This document shows positions 34,085-42,199 of a DNA stretch of 52,057 bases, piece after piece. The DNA is from Candidatus Eiseniibacteriota bacterium (GTDB taxonomy: Bacteria; Eisenbacteria; RBG-16-71-46). Numbering within the stretch: the first letter of the stretch is position 1; each line of letters starts with the position of its first letter. The notes below the pieces were generated by a model. That model was not told where the DNA came from and searched no databases. It saw only the letters and a list, made by a program, of their open reading frames with translations. The DNA lies in NCBI GenBank assembly GCA_041492985.1, contig JBGPXY010000001.1, forward strand, positions 1 through 52,057, in the 5' to 3' direction. Both the position numbers and the translations under genes were made by a program.

Positions 34085-37000
34085 TCAAGCCGCTGCGGTG
34101 ACCGCCTCCACGCGCGGCGCGATCAGCTTGTACACGACCGGCGTGACGATGCGCGCGAGCAGGGTGCTCGACACCAGCCCACCGATGATCACCCACGCCA
34201 GCGGCGCGTACATGGCGCTGCCCTGGAGCGCGATCGGCAACAGCCCACCGATCGCGGTGAGGCTGGTGAGCACGATCGGCAGGAAGCGCACCTCGCCGGC
34301 CTTGCGGATCGCGTCCTCCAGTCCCATCCCCTGGGCACGCAGCTGGTTCGTCAGATCCACGAGCAGGATGGACGTCTTGATCTCGATGCCGATCAGGGCG
34401 GCGAAGCCGATGGTCGCGGTGAACGACAGCGTCTGCCCGGCAAGGAGCAGCGCGACGACCCCGCCGCCAATGCCGAGCGGGATCACCGACGCCACGATCA
34501 GCGTCGAGCGGAAGGTGCGGAACTCGAGCACCAGGATTGCGAGGATGCCGAAGACCGCGACCAGGATGGCGCCGCCGATGCCGCCGAAGCTCTCCTTGCG
34601 GCTGGCGATCTCGCCGGCGGGCACGATGTGATATCCGGCCGGCAGGGGCAGTCGACCGATGCGGTCCAGCGCGCGGCGGGTGACACGGTCGGTGTTGTGG
34701 CCGGTGCGCACGTTCGCCGTCACCGTCACGCTGCGGGTGCGGTCGTAGCGCTGCATCTCGGGCACCGCGCGCTCGAATCGCAGATCCGCGACCTGGGCCA
34801 GAGGCGTGAGCCCCCCGCTCATCGCGCTCACGTAGACGCGCTCGAGATCGGCCGGGCTGGGCCGCCCGGCACGGGCGAGCCTCACCACCACCGGACGTTC
34901 GTCGCCGTTCGTCTCGCGCAGGCTGCCCGCCTCGAGCCCGGCCAGTCCGAGCCTCACGGTGCGGTCGATCTCCAGCGTCGGGATGCCGAGCAGCCCGGCC
35001 TTGGCCCGATCGATCTCCACGCGCAGGTCGCTGCGCTTGAGCCGCACCGGGTTGTTCACGTACTGCGTGCCGGCCGTGGCCTCGAGTGCCTCCTCGACAT
35101 GCGCGGCGATGGCATCGAGCGAATCGAGCGAGGTCCCCTCGATGCGCAGGGCGATCGGGGCGTCCACCGGAGGGCCGTTCTCGAACTCCCGCAGGGCCAG
35201 CTCGACGCCCGGATACATCGCCAGCTCGGCTCGCAGCGAGTCGAGCAGCGGCGGCGTACGGCGCTGGTCATAGTGATCGAGCAGCACGAGGAGCTGCCCG
35301 ACCCGCGGATCATCGACCCGCGAGGTGACGTTGTAGTAGACGGGTGGGTTGTCGTGGCCGACCGAGGTGTAGATGGTCCTGATGCCCGCCCGGCGGGCGA
35401 TCACGCGCTCGGCGAACCGCGCGGCCGAGTCGGTGACGGCGATGCTGGCGCCCTCGGGGGCGGTGATGTCGACACGGAACTGCGGCGTCTCGGCCTTGGG
35501 GAAGAGCGAGAACCCGACCACCGGTACCAGCGCTAGGGTAGCGACCACGAAGGCCGCTGCGATCGCCAGCGCCCTCCCCGGCCGCCTGAGCGCGCGGTCG
35601 AGGAGCGGCGAATACGTGGCATGGATGACTCGGTCGAACGCGCGCAGGGCTCGGTTCCCGCCGGGACCCTGGTCGCCACCCGGCAGCAGGCTCACCAGCC
35701 AGGGGATGATCGTGAGCGCGACGAACAGCGACCCCAGCACCGAGAAGACCACCGCCATGGGCAATGAACGGATGTAACGCCCGGGCGCTCCGGGCAGGAA
35801 GAGCATCGGCAGGAATGCGAACAGCAGCGTGGCGGTGGCGCCGAGCACCGCGACCCAGATCTGGTGGGTGGCGAGGATCGCCGCCTCGCGCCGCCCGTGC
35901 CCGGCGCGGCGGAAATGACTGATGTTCTCGACCACGACGATCGAATCGTCCACCAGCAGACCGAGCGCGATCACCATGCCGACGATGGTGAGCTGGTTGA
36001 GGGTGAATCCGGTCCAGTTCAGCGCCGCGAGGCCGATGGCCAGCGAGAGCGGGATCGAGATCATCACCACCAGCGCCGCCCGCAGGCCGAGCGGCAGCAG
36101 AGTCAGCAACACCAGGCCGATGGCGATCAGGAAGTCCTCGCCCAGGCGCGCCAGCCGGTTCGACACGTTGGCCGCCTGATCGAAGCCGCGGCCCAGCGTC
36201 ACGCCGGGCGGCAGCTCGCGCTCGAATCGGTCGAGCTCGGCGTAAATGCGGTCGCGCACGGTCTGGGCGCTGATGCCGCCCTGCTGACCCGCGGTCACGA
36301 ACACGGCGCGGCGCCCGTTGAAGCGCGCGCGATAGGTCGAGTCTGCGTAGCCCCACTCTACCGTGGCGACGTCGCGCACGCGCACCACCTGAGCCCCGTC
36401 GCCGCGGATCACCGTGGACCGGACCTGGTCCAGGTCTTCGTAGCTTCCCGAGGAGCGCACGCCGAAGCTACGCCGCCCGGCCTCGACGCTGCCGGCGGGG
36501 ATGTCGGCGCTCTCGCCACCGATGGCCGCCAGCACCTGCCCGACCGGCAGGCGCAGCTGCGCGAGACGGCCGAGGTCGAGCTCCACGTGGACCTCACGCG
36601 CAGGCGCTCCCCAGCGCTCCGCTTTGCGCACGCCACCTATGGCGCTGAAGCGGTCTTCGAGCGCCTCGGCGAGGGAATCGAGCGTGCGGTAGCTGGCGGC
36701 GTCGGCAACCAGCGCCACCTGGACGATGTTCACGTCGAGGGTGGTGCCGCGCCGAACCTCAAGCCGCGTCAGCTCGGCCGGCAGCGACGGGCGAAGCGCG
36801 TTCACCTCACGCACCACCTCGTCGTACTTGCGGGCGGCGTCCTGGTTGGCCTCGAACTCGACGCGGACCGTCGCCACGCCGGGATGGATGCGGCTGTCCA
36901 GGCTCTTCAGATCGTCCAGCTTGTGCAGTCGGTCCTCGATCGGCTTGATCACCAGCCGTTCGAGGTCCTTGGGGCTCGCGCCGGGATAGACGGCGACCAC

Positions 37001-37138
37001 CGCGTAGAGCGGAAAATCGAGCGGCGGATCCTCGAGCCGCGGGATGGCCGACCACGAGGTCACCCCGAGGAGGGCCAGCATCGCGAACAGCACGACCGTG
37101 AACTGCCAGTTCTTGACCGAGAACTCCGTGAGCTTCAT
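34085..37138 (-). CDS. RND-family efflux transporter permease (AcrB/CzcA superfamily)
   Basis: 1017 aa. Has 12-TM topology with two large periplasmic loops and a typical N-terminus MKLTEFSVKNWQFTVVLFAMLALLG. Its start overlaps the adaptor gene stop. Confidence 0.95.
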   Translation of the reverse strand: MKLTEFSVKNWQFTVVLFAMLALLGVTSWSAIPRLEDPPLDFPLYAVVAVYPGASPKDLERLVIKPIEDRLHKLDDLKSLDSRIHPGVATVRVEFEANQDAARKYDEVVREVNALRPSLPAELTRLEVRRGTTLDVNIVQVALVADAASYRTLDSLAEALEDRFSAIGGVRKAERWGAPAREVHVELDLGRLAQLRLPVGQVLAAIGGESADIPAGSVEAGRRSFGVRSSGSYEDLDQVRSTVIRGDGAQVVRVRDVATVEWGYADSTYRARFNGRRAVFVTAGQQGGISAQTVRDRIYAELDRFERELPPGVTLGRGFDQAANVSNRLARLGEDFLIAIGLVLLTLLPLGLRAALVVMISIPLSLAIGLAALNWTGFTLNQLTIVGMVIALGLLVDDSIVVVENISHFRRAGHGRREAAILATHQIWVAVLGATATLLFAFLPMLFLPGAPGRYIRSLPMAVVFSVLGSLFVALTIIPWLVSLLPGGDQGPGGNRALRAFDRVIHATYSPLLDRALRRPGRALAIAAAFVVATLALVPVVGFSLFPKAETPQFRVDITAPEGASIAVTDSAARFAERVIARRAGIRTIYTSVGHDNPPVYYNVTSRVDDPRVGQLLVLLDHYDQRRTPPLLDSLRAELAMYPGVELALREFENGPPVDAPIALRIEGTSLDSLDAIAAHVEEALEATAGTQYVNNPVRLKRSDLRVEIDRAKAGLLGIPTLEIDRTVRLGLAGLEAGSLRETNGDERPVVVRLARAGRPSPADLERVYVSAMSGGLTPLAQVADLRFERAVPEMQRYDRTRSVTVTANVRTGHNTDRVTRRALDRIGRLPLPAGYHIVPAGEIASRKESFGGIGGAILVAVFGILAILVLEFRTFRSTLIVASVIPLGIGGGVVALLLAGQTLSFTATIGFAALIGIEIKTSILLVDLTNQLRAQGMGLEDAIRKAGEVRFLPIVLTSLTAIGGLLPIALQGSAMYAPLAWVIIGGLVSSTLLARIVTPVVYKLIAPRVEAVTAAA

Positions 37139-38178
37139 GGCCTCACCTCCACCGCGCGCCCGTCCCGCAGGAACGCGGCGCCGTCGGTGATGACTAACCG
37201 CACCCCGTCGAGGCCGCCGGCGACCGCGGCCTGGTCACCGGAGACGAACGCGAGCGTGACCGGGCGGCGCTCCGCGCGCCCGCCGTCGGGGCTCAGCACG
37301 AACACGGTGGCGCCCGCACCGTCGGCCTCGAGGACCGACTCGATCGGCACCATGATCAAGGAGCGCGAGGCGGCGGGACGGATCTCCACGGTCCCGACCA
37401 GCCCGCTGGAGAGCCCCAGCGCGCCGGGCAGCGACACCTCGACGCGGTAGGTGCCGGTCACTGGGTCGGCGGCCGCGGCGATCTCGCTGACCGTGCCCGC
37501 GAACTCGCGGCCGGGAAGCGCGCTGAAGCGGACCACGGCGCCGTCGCCGCGCTGGATGCGCACCACGTCGCGATCGGCGAGCCCGACGCGCAACACCTGC
37601 CCGCGCGAGCGGCTGCCCAGCCTGAGGATCGGCGCGCCGGCCTGAACCAGCTCCCCCGGCTCGGCGCGGCGCTCGAGGATCACCCCCGCCGAGGGCGCCA
37701 CGATCACCGCGTGGCGGCGGTTGAAGGTGACGCTCTGCAGCTCGGCGCGTGCCACGTCGCGCCCGGTCTCTGCGTCCTCCACCTGCTCGAGCGTGGCGAC
37801 GCTGTCGGCGTAGAGGCGGCGCGCCCGCACCAGATCGCGCTCGGCCTTCTCGGCCACGCTCTGAGCCCGGGCGACCCCGGGGTCGATCTCGCCCAGGTCG
37901 AGGGCGGCCAGCTCCTGCCCCGCGACCACGGTCCGGCCCGCGTCCACCAGCACGCGGGCGATGACCCCACCGATCTTGAAGCTGAGGGTCACCTCCTCCT
38001 TGGGACCGAGGGTGCCACTGGCCGTCACCGGCAGCGCGACGCGCCGCATGGTCACCGGCGCCACGCGCACCGCGACCGGGGTCGCGGCGGGGTGGTCGGC
38101 GGCGTCCCCCCGGGTGCAGGATTCGAGCGCAAGCGGCAGGAGGAGGGGTAGTGCGAGCGTGATCAGCGCGCGTCTCAT
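37135..38178 (-). CDS. RND efflux periplasmic adaptor (membrane fusion protein), lipoprotein
   Basis: 347 aa with lipobox LALESC, coiled-coil hairpin and barrel-sandwich motifs (VVAGQELAALD..., AGVILERRAEPGELV). Confidence 0.9.
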   Translation of the reverse strand: MRRALITLALPLLLPLALESCTRGDAADHPAATPVAVRVAPVTMRRVALPVTASGTLGPKEEVTLSFKIGGVIARVLVDAGRTVVAGQELAALDLGEIDPGVARAQSVAEKAERDLVRARRLYADSVATLEQVEDAETGRDVARAELQSVTFNRRHAVIVAPSAGVILERRAEPGELVQAGAPILRLGSRSRGQVLRVGLADRDVVRIQRGDGAVVRFSALPGREFAGTVSEIAAAADPVTGTYRVEVSLPGALGLSSGLVGTVEIRPAASRSLIMVPIESVLEADGAGATVFVLSPDGGRAERRPVTLAFVSGDQAAVAGGLDGVRLVITDGAAFLRDGRAVEVRP

Positions 38179-38192
38179 GGCGGTTCTCCTTT

Positions 38193-39554
38193 CTAGAGTG
38201 GCAGGTCGCGGAGCGCGGCGGCACGCTCCAGATCGACCCAGCGGATGGCGTATCGGTAGGCGGTGAGGATGCGGTTGAGCTCCGCGCCCGTCATCGCGGC
38301 GCGGGCGTCCACCAGCTCGAACGGACTGGCGGCGCCCTCTTCGAAGCGGCGTCTCACCAAGGTGTAGGTGCGGCGCGCCGCGTCCAGCCGGGTGTCAGCC
38401 GTCGCAATCGCCGCGTGGGCCACCGTGGCGGCCTCGTGAGCGTCGCGGACTTCGAGCGTGATGCGTTCGGCGAGATCGCGCCGCAGCGCAAGGGCCCGAT
38501 CGGCCTCGTAGCCGGCGGCGGCCCGACGCGCGGCGTCTCGGCCACCGTCAAAGAGGTTCCACGACACGACCAGCGACGCCGTCCAGTAGTCCTCATCGCT
38601 GCCGAACGAGAGCCGCGGGCCCTGAAAGCCATACTCGAGCGCCACGGCGGCGCTGGGGATGTACCCCGCCGTGGCCACCCGCTTCGCCGCCCGCGCCGCG
38701 CCCACGCCGGCGTCGGCCTGACGCAGCTCCTCGCGCCCGGCGAGCGCGCTCGCCACCGAGGCATCGGCGGTGATGTCGAGCGGCAGGTCGAAGGCGCTGT
38801 CGGGGATCACCTCGACCGGAGCTTCGAGCGGTCGCTGAAGCACGTGATTGAACGCCCGCGCCGCAGCCGTCCGGTGCTCGCGCGCCTCGGCGAGCTGCTG
38901 CTCGACCTCGGCGCATTCGGCGCGGGCGCGCTGCAGCGCCTCGGGCGTGGCGCGCCCGGCCGCGAGCAGGCGGCCCGCGACGCGCTCGCTCTCGCGCACC
39001 AGCGCCAGCGTCGCTTCGTACGTCTCGGTCACGCGCTGCGCCGACGCCTGCACGAGATACGCGACCTGTACGTCGGCGGCGAGCCGCCGCGCGGCCGCCG
39101 CGAGCTGCAGGCGCTGGCCATCGCGGCGCGCGTGCGCCAGCGTGAAGTTGGCCCGGATCGCCTCGTTGAAGAGCGGCTGAGTGAGGCGCACGGTGGACTG
39201 GTGCCGCTGCGGCAGGGAGAAGTTGAGGTCGGTCGGGAAGCTCTGGGTGCCGGTGATCTGGTTGAGCGCCGCGTACGCAGGGTTCACCAAGTCGCCGAGG
39301 TTCGGCACGCCGCTCGCGCGCGTGCCGCGCGATTCGAGGCTTACCGATGGGAGCAGGAGAGCGCGTGCCTCGCCCACCTCGGCCTCGGCGCGGCGTGCGG
39401 CCAACCGCTCCTGCTCGAGATCGAGGTTGGACTTCAGGGCCTGCGACACGAGGGCGCCGAGCGGATCCGGTCGCTGGGCGGCGGCCGGGCGTGCGAGGGT
39501 GACCGCGGCTGCGGCGACCAGAATCAGATGTATGGGCCGAGAATGGCTAAACAT
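38193..39554 (-). CDS. TolC-family outer-membrane efflux protein
   Basis: 453 aa from MFSHSRPIHLILVAAAAVTLARPAAAQ with RBS GGAGAG. Two-fold internal repeat of long helical segments typical of OEP/TolC. Confidence 0.85.
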   Translation of the reverse strand: MFSHSRPIHLILVAAAAVTLARPAAAQRPDPLGALVSQALKSNLDLEQERLAARRAEAEVGEARALLLPSVSLESRGTRASGVPNLGDLVNPAYAALNQITGTQSFPTDLNFSLPQRHQSTVRLTQPLFNEAIRANFTLAHARRDGQRLQLAAAARRLAADVQVAYLVQASAQRVTETYEATLALVRESERVAGRLLAAGRATPEALQRARAECAEVEQQLAEAREHRTAAARAFNHVLQRPLEAPVEVIPDSAFDLPLDITADASVASALAGREELRQADAGVGAARAAKRVATAGYIPSAAVALEYGFQGPRLSFGSDEDYWTASLVVSWNLFDGGRDAARRAAAGYEADRALALRRDLAERITLEVRDAHEAATVAHAAIATADTRLDAARRTYTLVRRRFEEGAASPFELVDARAAMTGAELNRILTAYRYAIRWVDLERAAALRDLPL

Positions 39555-39564
39555 GGGTAACTCT

Positions 39565-39580
39565 CCTAACGGCGTTAAGG
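39565..39580. promoter_or_regulatory. Second copy of the TetR operator-like palindrome, overlapping the tolC-like RBS
   Basis: CCTAACGGCGTTAAGG has a perfect 11-nt core palindrome, TAACGGCGTTA. It is nearly identical to the site in the tetR promoter at 40280-40296. Confidence 0.5.
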
Positions 39581-39596
39581 GCCAGGTCAAAAAAAA

Positions 39597-40244
39597 TCAT
39601 GACGCCCTCCCCCGTGCCGCCGGCTCGCGAAGGAAGCCGTGCAGCAGGACCTGCATCGACGCCTCCACCGTGGCGCGCAAATCGCCCCACGGAAACCCGT
39701 CTCCTTCGTAGTACTTCACCATCCGCAGCGAGATGAGACCGTGCACGGCGCCCCAGAGGATCTGCGCCAGCTGGTCCGGGTCCTTCACCTCTGGGCGAAT
39801 CCGGCCCTGCTCGATCGCCTGCCGGCACGCCTCGCGCAGGAACATGTAGGCGTCCTTCTCGGGATCGCCGTGCACCCACTTGGAGTCGAAGATCCTCGGC
39901 AGGAAGGTCATGAACATGAAGCGGTACTGGCTCGGGTATTCCACGGCGAAGCGCAGGTAGGCGCGGCCCACGGCGAGGATGCGCTCCACGGGATCAGCCG
40001 CCGCAGCCTGGCCGCTGAAGTGACGCGCGAGCGATTCGAAGTCGCACTGGCAGAGCTCGGTGAGGAGCGACTGCTTGTTGCGGAAGTGGTGATAGAGCGC
40101 GGTCGGTGTGTACTCGACGCGCTCGGCGATGGCCCGCATCGTCACCGCGTCGTAGCCCTCGTCGGCGAACATCTCGCGAGCGGCCGCGAGGATCTTGTCA
40201 CGCGTCTCGAGCTTCTCCCGATCACGCCGTTCTTTCGTTCCCAC
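39597..40244 (-). CDS. TetR/AcrR-family transcriptional repressor
   Basis: 215 aa with a GTG start and RBS AAGGAGGAGG. N-terminal HTH: ILAAAREMFADEGYDAVTMRAIAERVEYTPTALYHHFRNKQSLL. Confidence 0.9.
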   Translation of the reverse strand: MGTKERRDREKLETRDKILAAAREMFADEGYDAVTMRAIAERVEYTPTALYHHFRNKQSLLTELCQCDFESLARHFSGQAAAADPVERILAVGRAYLRFAVEYPSQYRFMFMTFLPRIFDSKWVHGDPEKDAYMFLREACRQAIEQGRIRPEVKDPDQLAQILWGAVHGLISLRMVKYYEGDGFPWGDLRATVEASMQVLLHGFLREPAARGRAS

Positions 40245-40274
40245 CGCGGACCTCCTCCTTGCCTGACCGCCGTT

Positions 40275-40303
40275 ACGATACCTAACGGCGTTAGGTCAGT
40301 CAA
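40275..40303 (-). promoter_or_regulatory. tetR promoter (TTGACT-N17-TATCGT) with a 17-bp perfect palindromic operator filling the spacer
   Basis: The minus strand reads TTGACT GACCTAACGCCGTTAGG TATCGT. The palindrome ACCTAACGGCGTTAGGT lies at 40280-40296. An extra half-site, CGCCGTTAC, lies at 40267-40275. Confidence 0.55.
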
Positions 40304-40380
40304 GCGGTAAGATGCCGGACCCCTTCTGGCAGGTCCACGGAGAGTTCGAAGGTGGCCCCGGCGCACCCGGCGCGGGCCCC

Positions 40381-40450
40381 AGGTCCCTCCGATGGAATCA
40401 GCCCCGGCGAGAATAACTCGCTGGGGCGATTGGCTATTGGTCCGGAGCCT
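40381..40450 (+). repeat. Intergenic module, short variant (copy E)
   Basis: Hairpin CCCCGGCGAG-AATAA-CTCGCTGGGG (40402-40426, one G-U pair when read on the plus strand). It is followed by CGATTGGCTATTGGTCCGGAGC and GTGACTGTGGC, as in copy A'. Confidence 0.5.
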
Positions 40451-40507
40451 CAGAAGTGTGACTGTGGCTGGTGAAGCGTCGTGACGGGGGGCGAAGGCCC
40501 GAGCGCG

Positions 40508-41371
40508 TCATGCGACCCGGGCCGCGAGATCGCGCAGGAAATCCCCGGGCTCGAAGCCGTAGTCCTGTCGCGCCGGGCGGATATCGTAGCCCTTGGCCAC
40601 GACCAGCCGGTCCAACTGATCCGGATTGAATGGGACGGGCAGGCGACAGCGCACCGCGGCCCGCAGGAGTCCGATCGGCACGGGGACACACCTCACCCGC
40701 ATGCCCGCGCGTCTCAGGGCGTTCGCCATGTCGGGCGCCGTACACGGTTGTTCGGCGCACAGCGTGTAGACGGCCCGCGAGCGCACGAAGCGATTCACGA
40801 CATCGAGAAGGAACTGCGTGACCCGCTCCGCCGACACGGGGGCGTACCGCACCGGACCGTTGTCGCGGAAATCCACCATGATGCGCGTGCGCAGTGCGAG
40901 TCCGACCAGGACGTCGATCCCCTCCGCCGACTCGAGGCCGTAGATCTCGGCCGGTCGCACGATGACCCAGTCCAGACCGCTCGCGCGCACCGCTTCCTCG
41001 GCGCGCAGCTTGGATGCCCCGTAGGCCCCCGCATCGGGATGTGCGCAGATGGTGCTCATGTGGATCAGCCGCTGGCCCGGCCGCGCGCTGTCCAGCAGCC
41101 GGCGCGTGAGGACGTGGTTCACGTGCTCATAGCGCGACCCATCGTCGCTATGTGTCACCGCGGCCAGGTGGACGATGATGTCGGCCTCGCCGATGCGCGC
41201 GGCGTGACCCTGGCACCGCTCGAGCCCGTCCGGCAGCAGCTCCACGCGCCCACCGCGGTCGTCCACCGGCTGCCGGTGCACCGTGGCGAGGATCCGGTGG
41301 GTGGGCAGCAGGCCGTCGATGAGTGCCCGGCCCAGTGCGGAGCTCGCACCCGTCACCAGCACGGTGCTCAT
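40508..41371 (-). CDS. NAD-dependent epimerase/dehydratase-family (SDR) protein
   Basis: 287 aa. N-terminal Rossmann VLVTGASSALG. Catalytic YGASK. ATGA overlap with the upstream GT2 gene. Confidence 0.8.
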   Translation of the reverse strand: MSTVLVTGASSALGRALIDGLLPTHRILATVHRQPVDDRGGRVELLPDGLERCQGHAARIGEADIIVHLAAVTHSDDGSRYEHVNHVLTRRLLDSARPGQRLIHMSTICAHPDAGAYGASKLRAEEAVRASGLDWVIVRPAEIYGLESAEGIDVLVGLALRTRIMVDFRDNGPVRYAPVSAERVTQFLLDVVNRFVRSRAVYTLCAEQPCTAPDMANALRRAGMRVRCVPVPIGLLRAAVRCRLPVPFNPDQLDRLVVAKGYDIRPARQDYGFEPGDFLRDLAARVA

Positions 41372-42144
41372 GCGCCGGTCCGGTGCCGCTGGTAGCGCGG
41401 CCCGAAGCGGTACGCCAGCAGGTGACGCAGGAACTCGAACACCGCCCCCGGCCTCACGAACGACTTGCGACCACCCAGGCTCTGGAACTTGACGGGGATC
41501 TCGTACATGCGCAGGCGCAGGGCCAGGCAATTGAGCATGATCTCCGCGTCGACGAACCAGTCGTCGCTGAGCAGCTCCATGCGCTGGAAGGCCTCCCGCT
41601 TCATGATCTTCGGCTTCGAGTTGACGTCCGAGAAGCCGCGGTAGGCGGGGAACAGCAGATTGAACAGTCGTTGATAGATGAAGGAGATGAAGTTGCGGTA
41701 GAGCCCATCGGCACGCACGACCCGGTAGGTCTTGATGAAGTCGTAGTCCTCGCTCCTGATCTTCGCGAAGCAGGAGAAGATGGCTTCGACCGGGAACTGC
41801 CCGTCGCCGTCGATCACCCCGATGTAACGCCCGCGGCAGGCCTCCAGGCCCTTGCGCATGTCCCAGCCCATGGCCCCCTGCTTGGGCTCGGCGATGCACC
41901 GCACGTGGAGGAGCCTCGCGGCCAGGCTCTGACACACCTCGGGCGTGCGATCCCCCGTTCCGGGCCAGAAGTTCGCGACCAGCACCAGCTCCCATTCGAT
42001 GCGGAACATCGACATGATCCGGTGCAGGTTCTCGACGAACGGGATGATGGACTCACCTGCGCGATAGCACAGGATGGCCATCGAGAATTCCACCGGCGGG
42101 TCCTGCGACTGACTCTCCATCGGGCGCCGAGGATAACCCGTCAC
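41368..42144 (-). CDS. Family-2 glycosyltransferase, polyprenol-phosphate sugar synthase type (ArnC/GtrB/DPM1-like)
   Basis: 258 aa with SMAILCYRAGE (start of the GT-A fold), the IDGDGQFP DxD motif and a C-terminal amphipathic/TM segment. Confidence 0.85.
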   Translation of the reverse strand: MTGYPRRPMESQSQDPPVEFSMAILCYRAGESIIPFVENLHRIMSMFRIEWELVLVANFWPGTGDRTPEVCQSLAARLLHVRCIAEPKQGAMGWDMRKGLEACRGRYIGVIDGDGQFPVEAIFSCFAKIRSEDYDFIKTYRVVRADGLYRNFISFIYQRLFNLLFPAYRGFSDVNSKPKIMKREAFQRMELLSDDWFVDAEIMLNCLALRLRMYEIPVKFQSLGGRKSFVRPGAVFEFLRHLLAYRFGPRYQRHRTGA

Positions 42145-42199
42145 GCGGGCATGTCTAGAATGGCCGCCGAGCGCGCAGCGCGCGCTGGGGCTCGCGGGC

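Noticed and set aside
34037-37450. Long plus-strand ORFs (34037..35536 and 35864..37450) and the minus-strand out-of-frame ORF 35310..36356
   Set aside because: All lie inside the RND permease and adaptor genes, in antisense or shifted frames. Their composition is low-complexity.
39586-39596. A8/T8 homopolymer as a frameshift or phase-variation tract
   Set aside because: It lies in the intergenic gap just after the tetR stop codon, not inside a coding frame. It is more likely part of a terminator or UP-like element.
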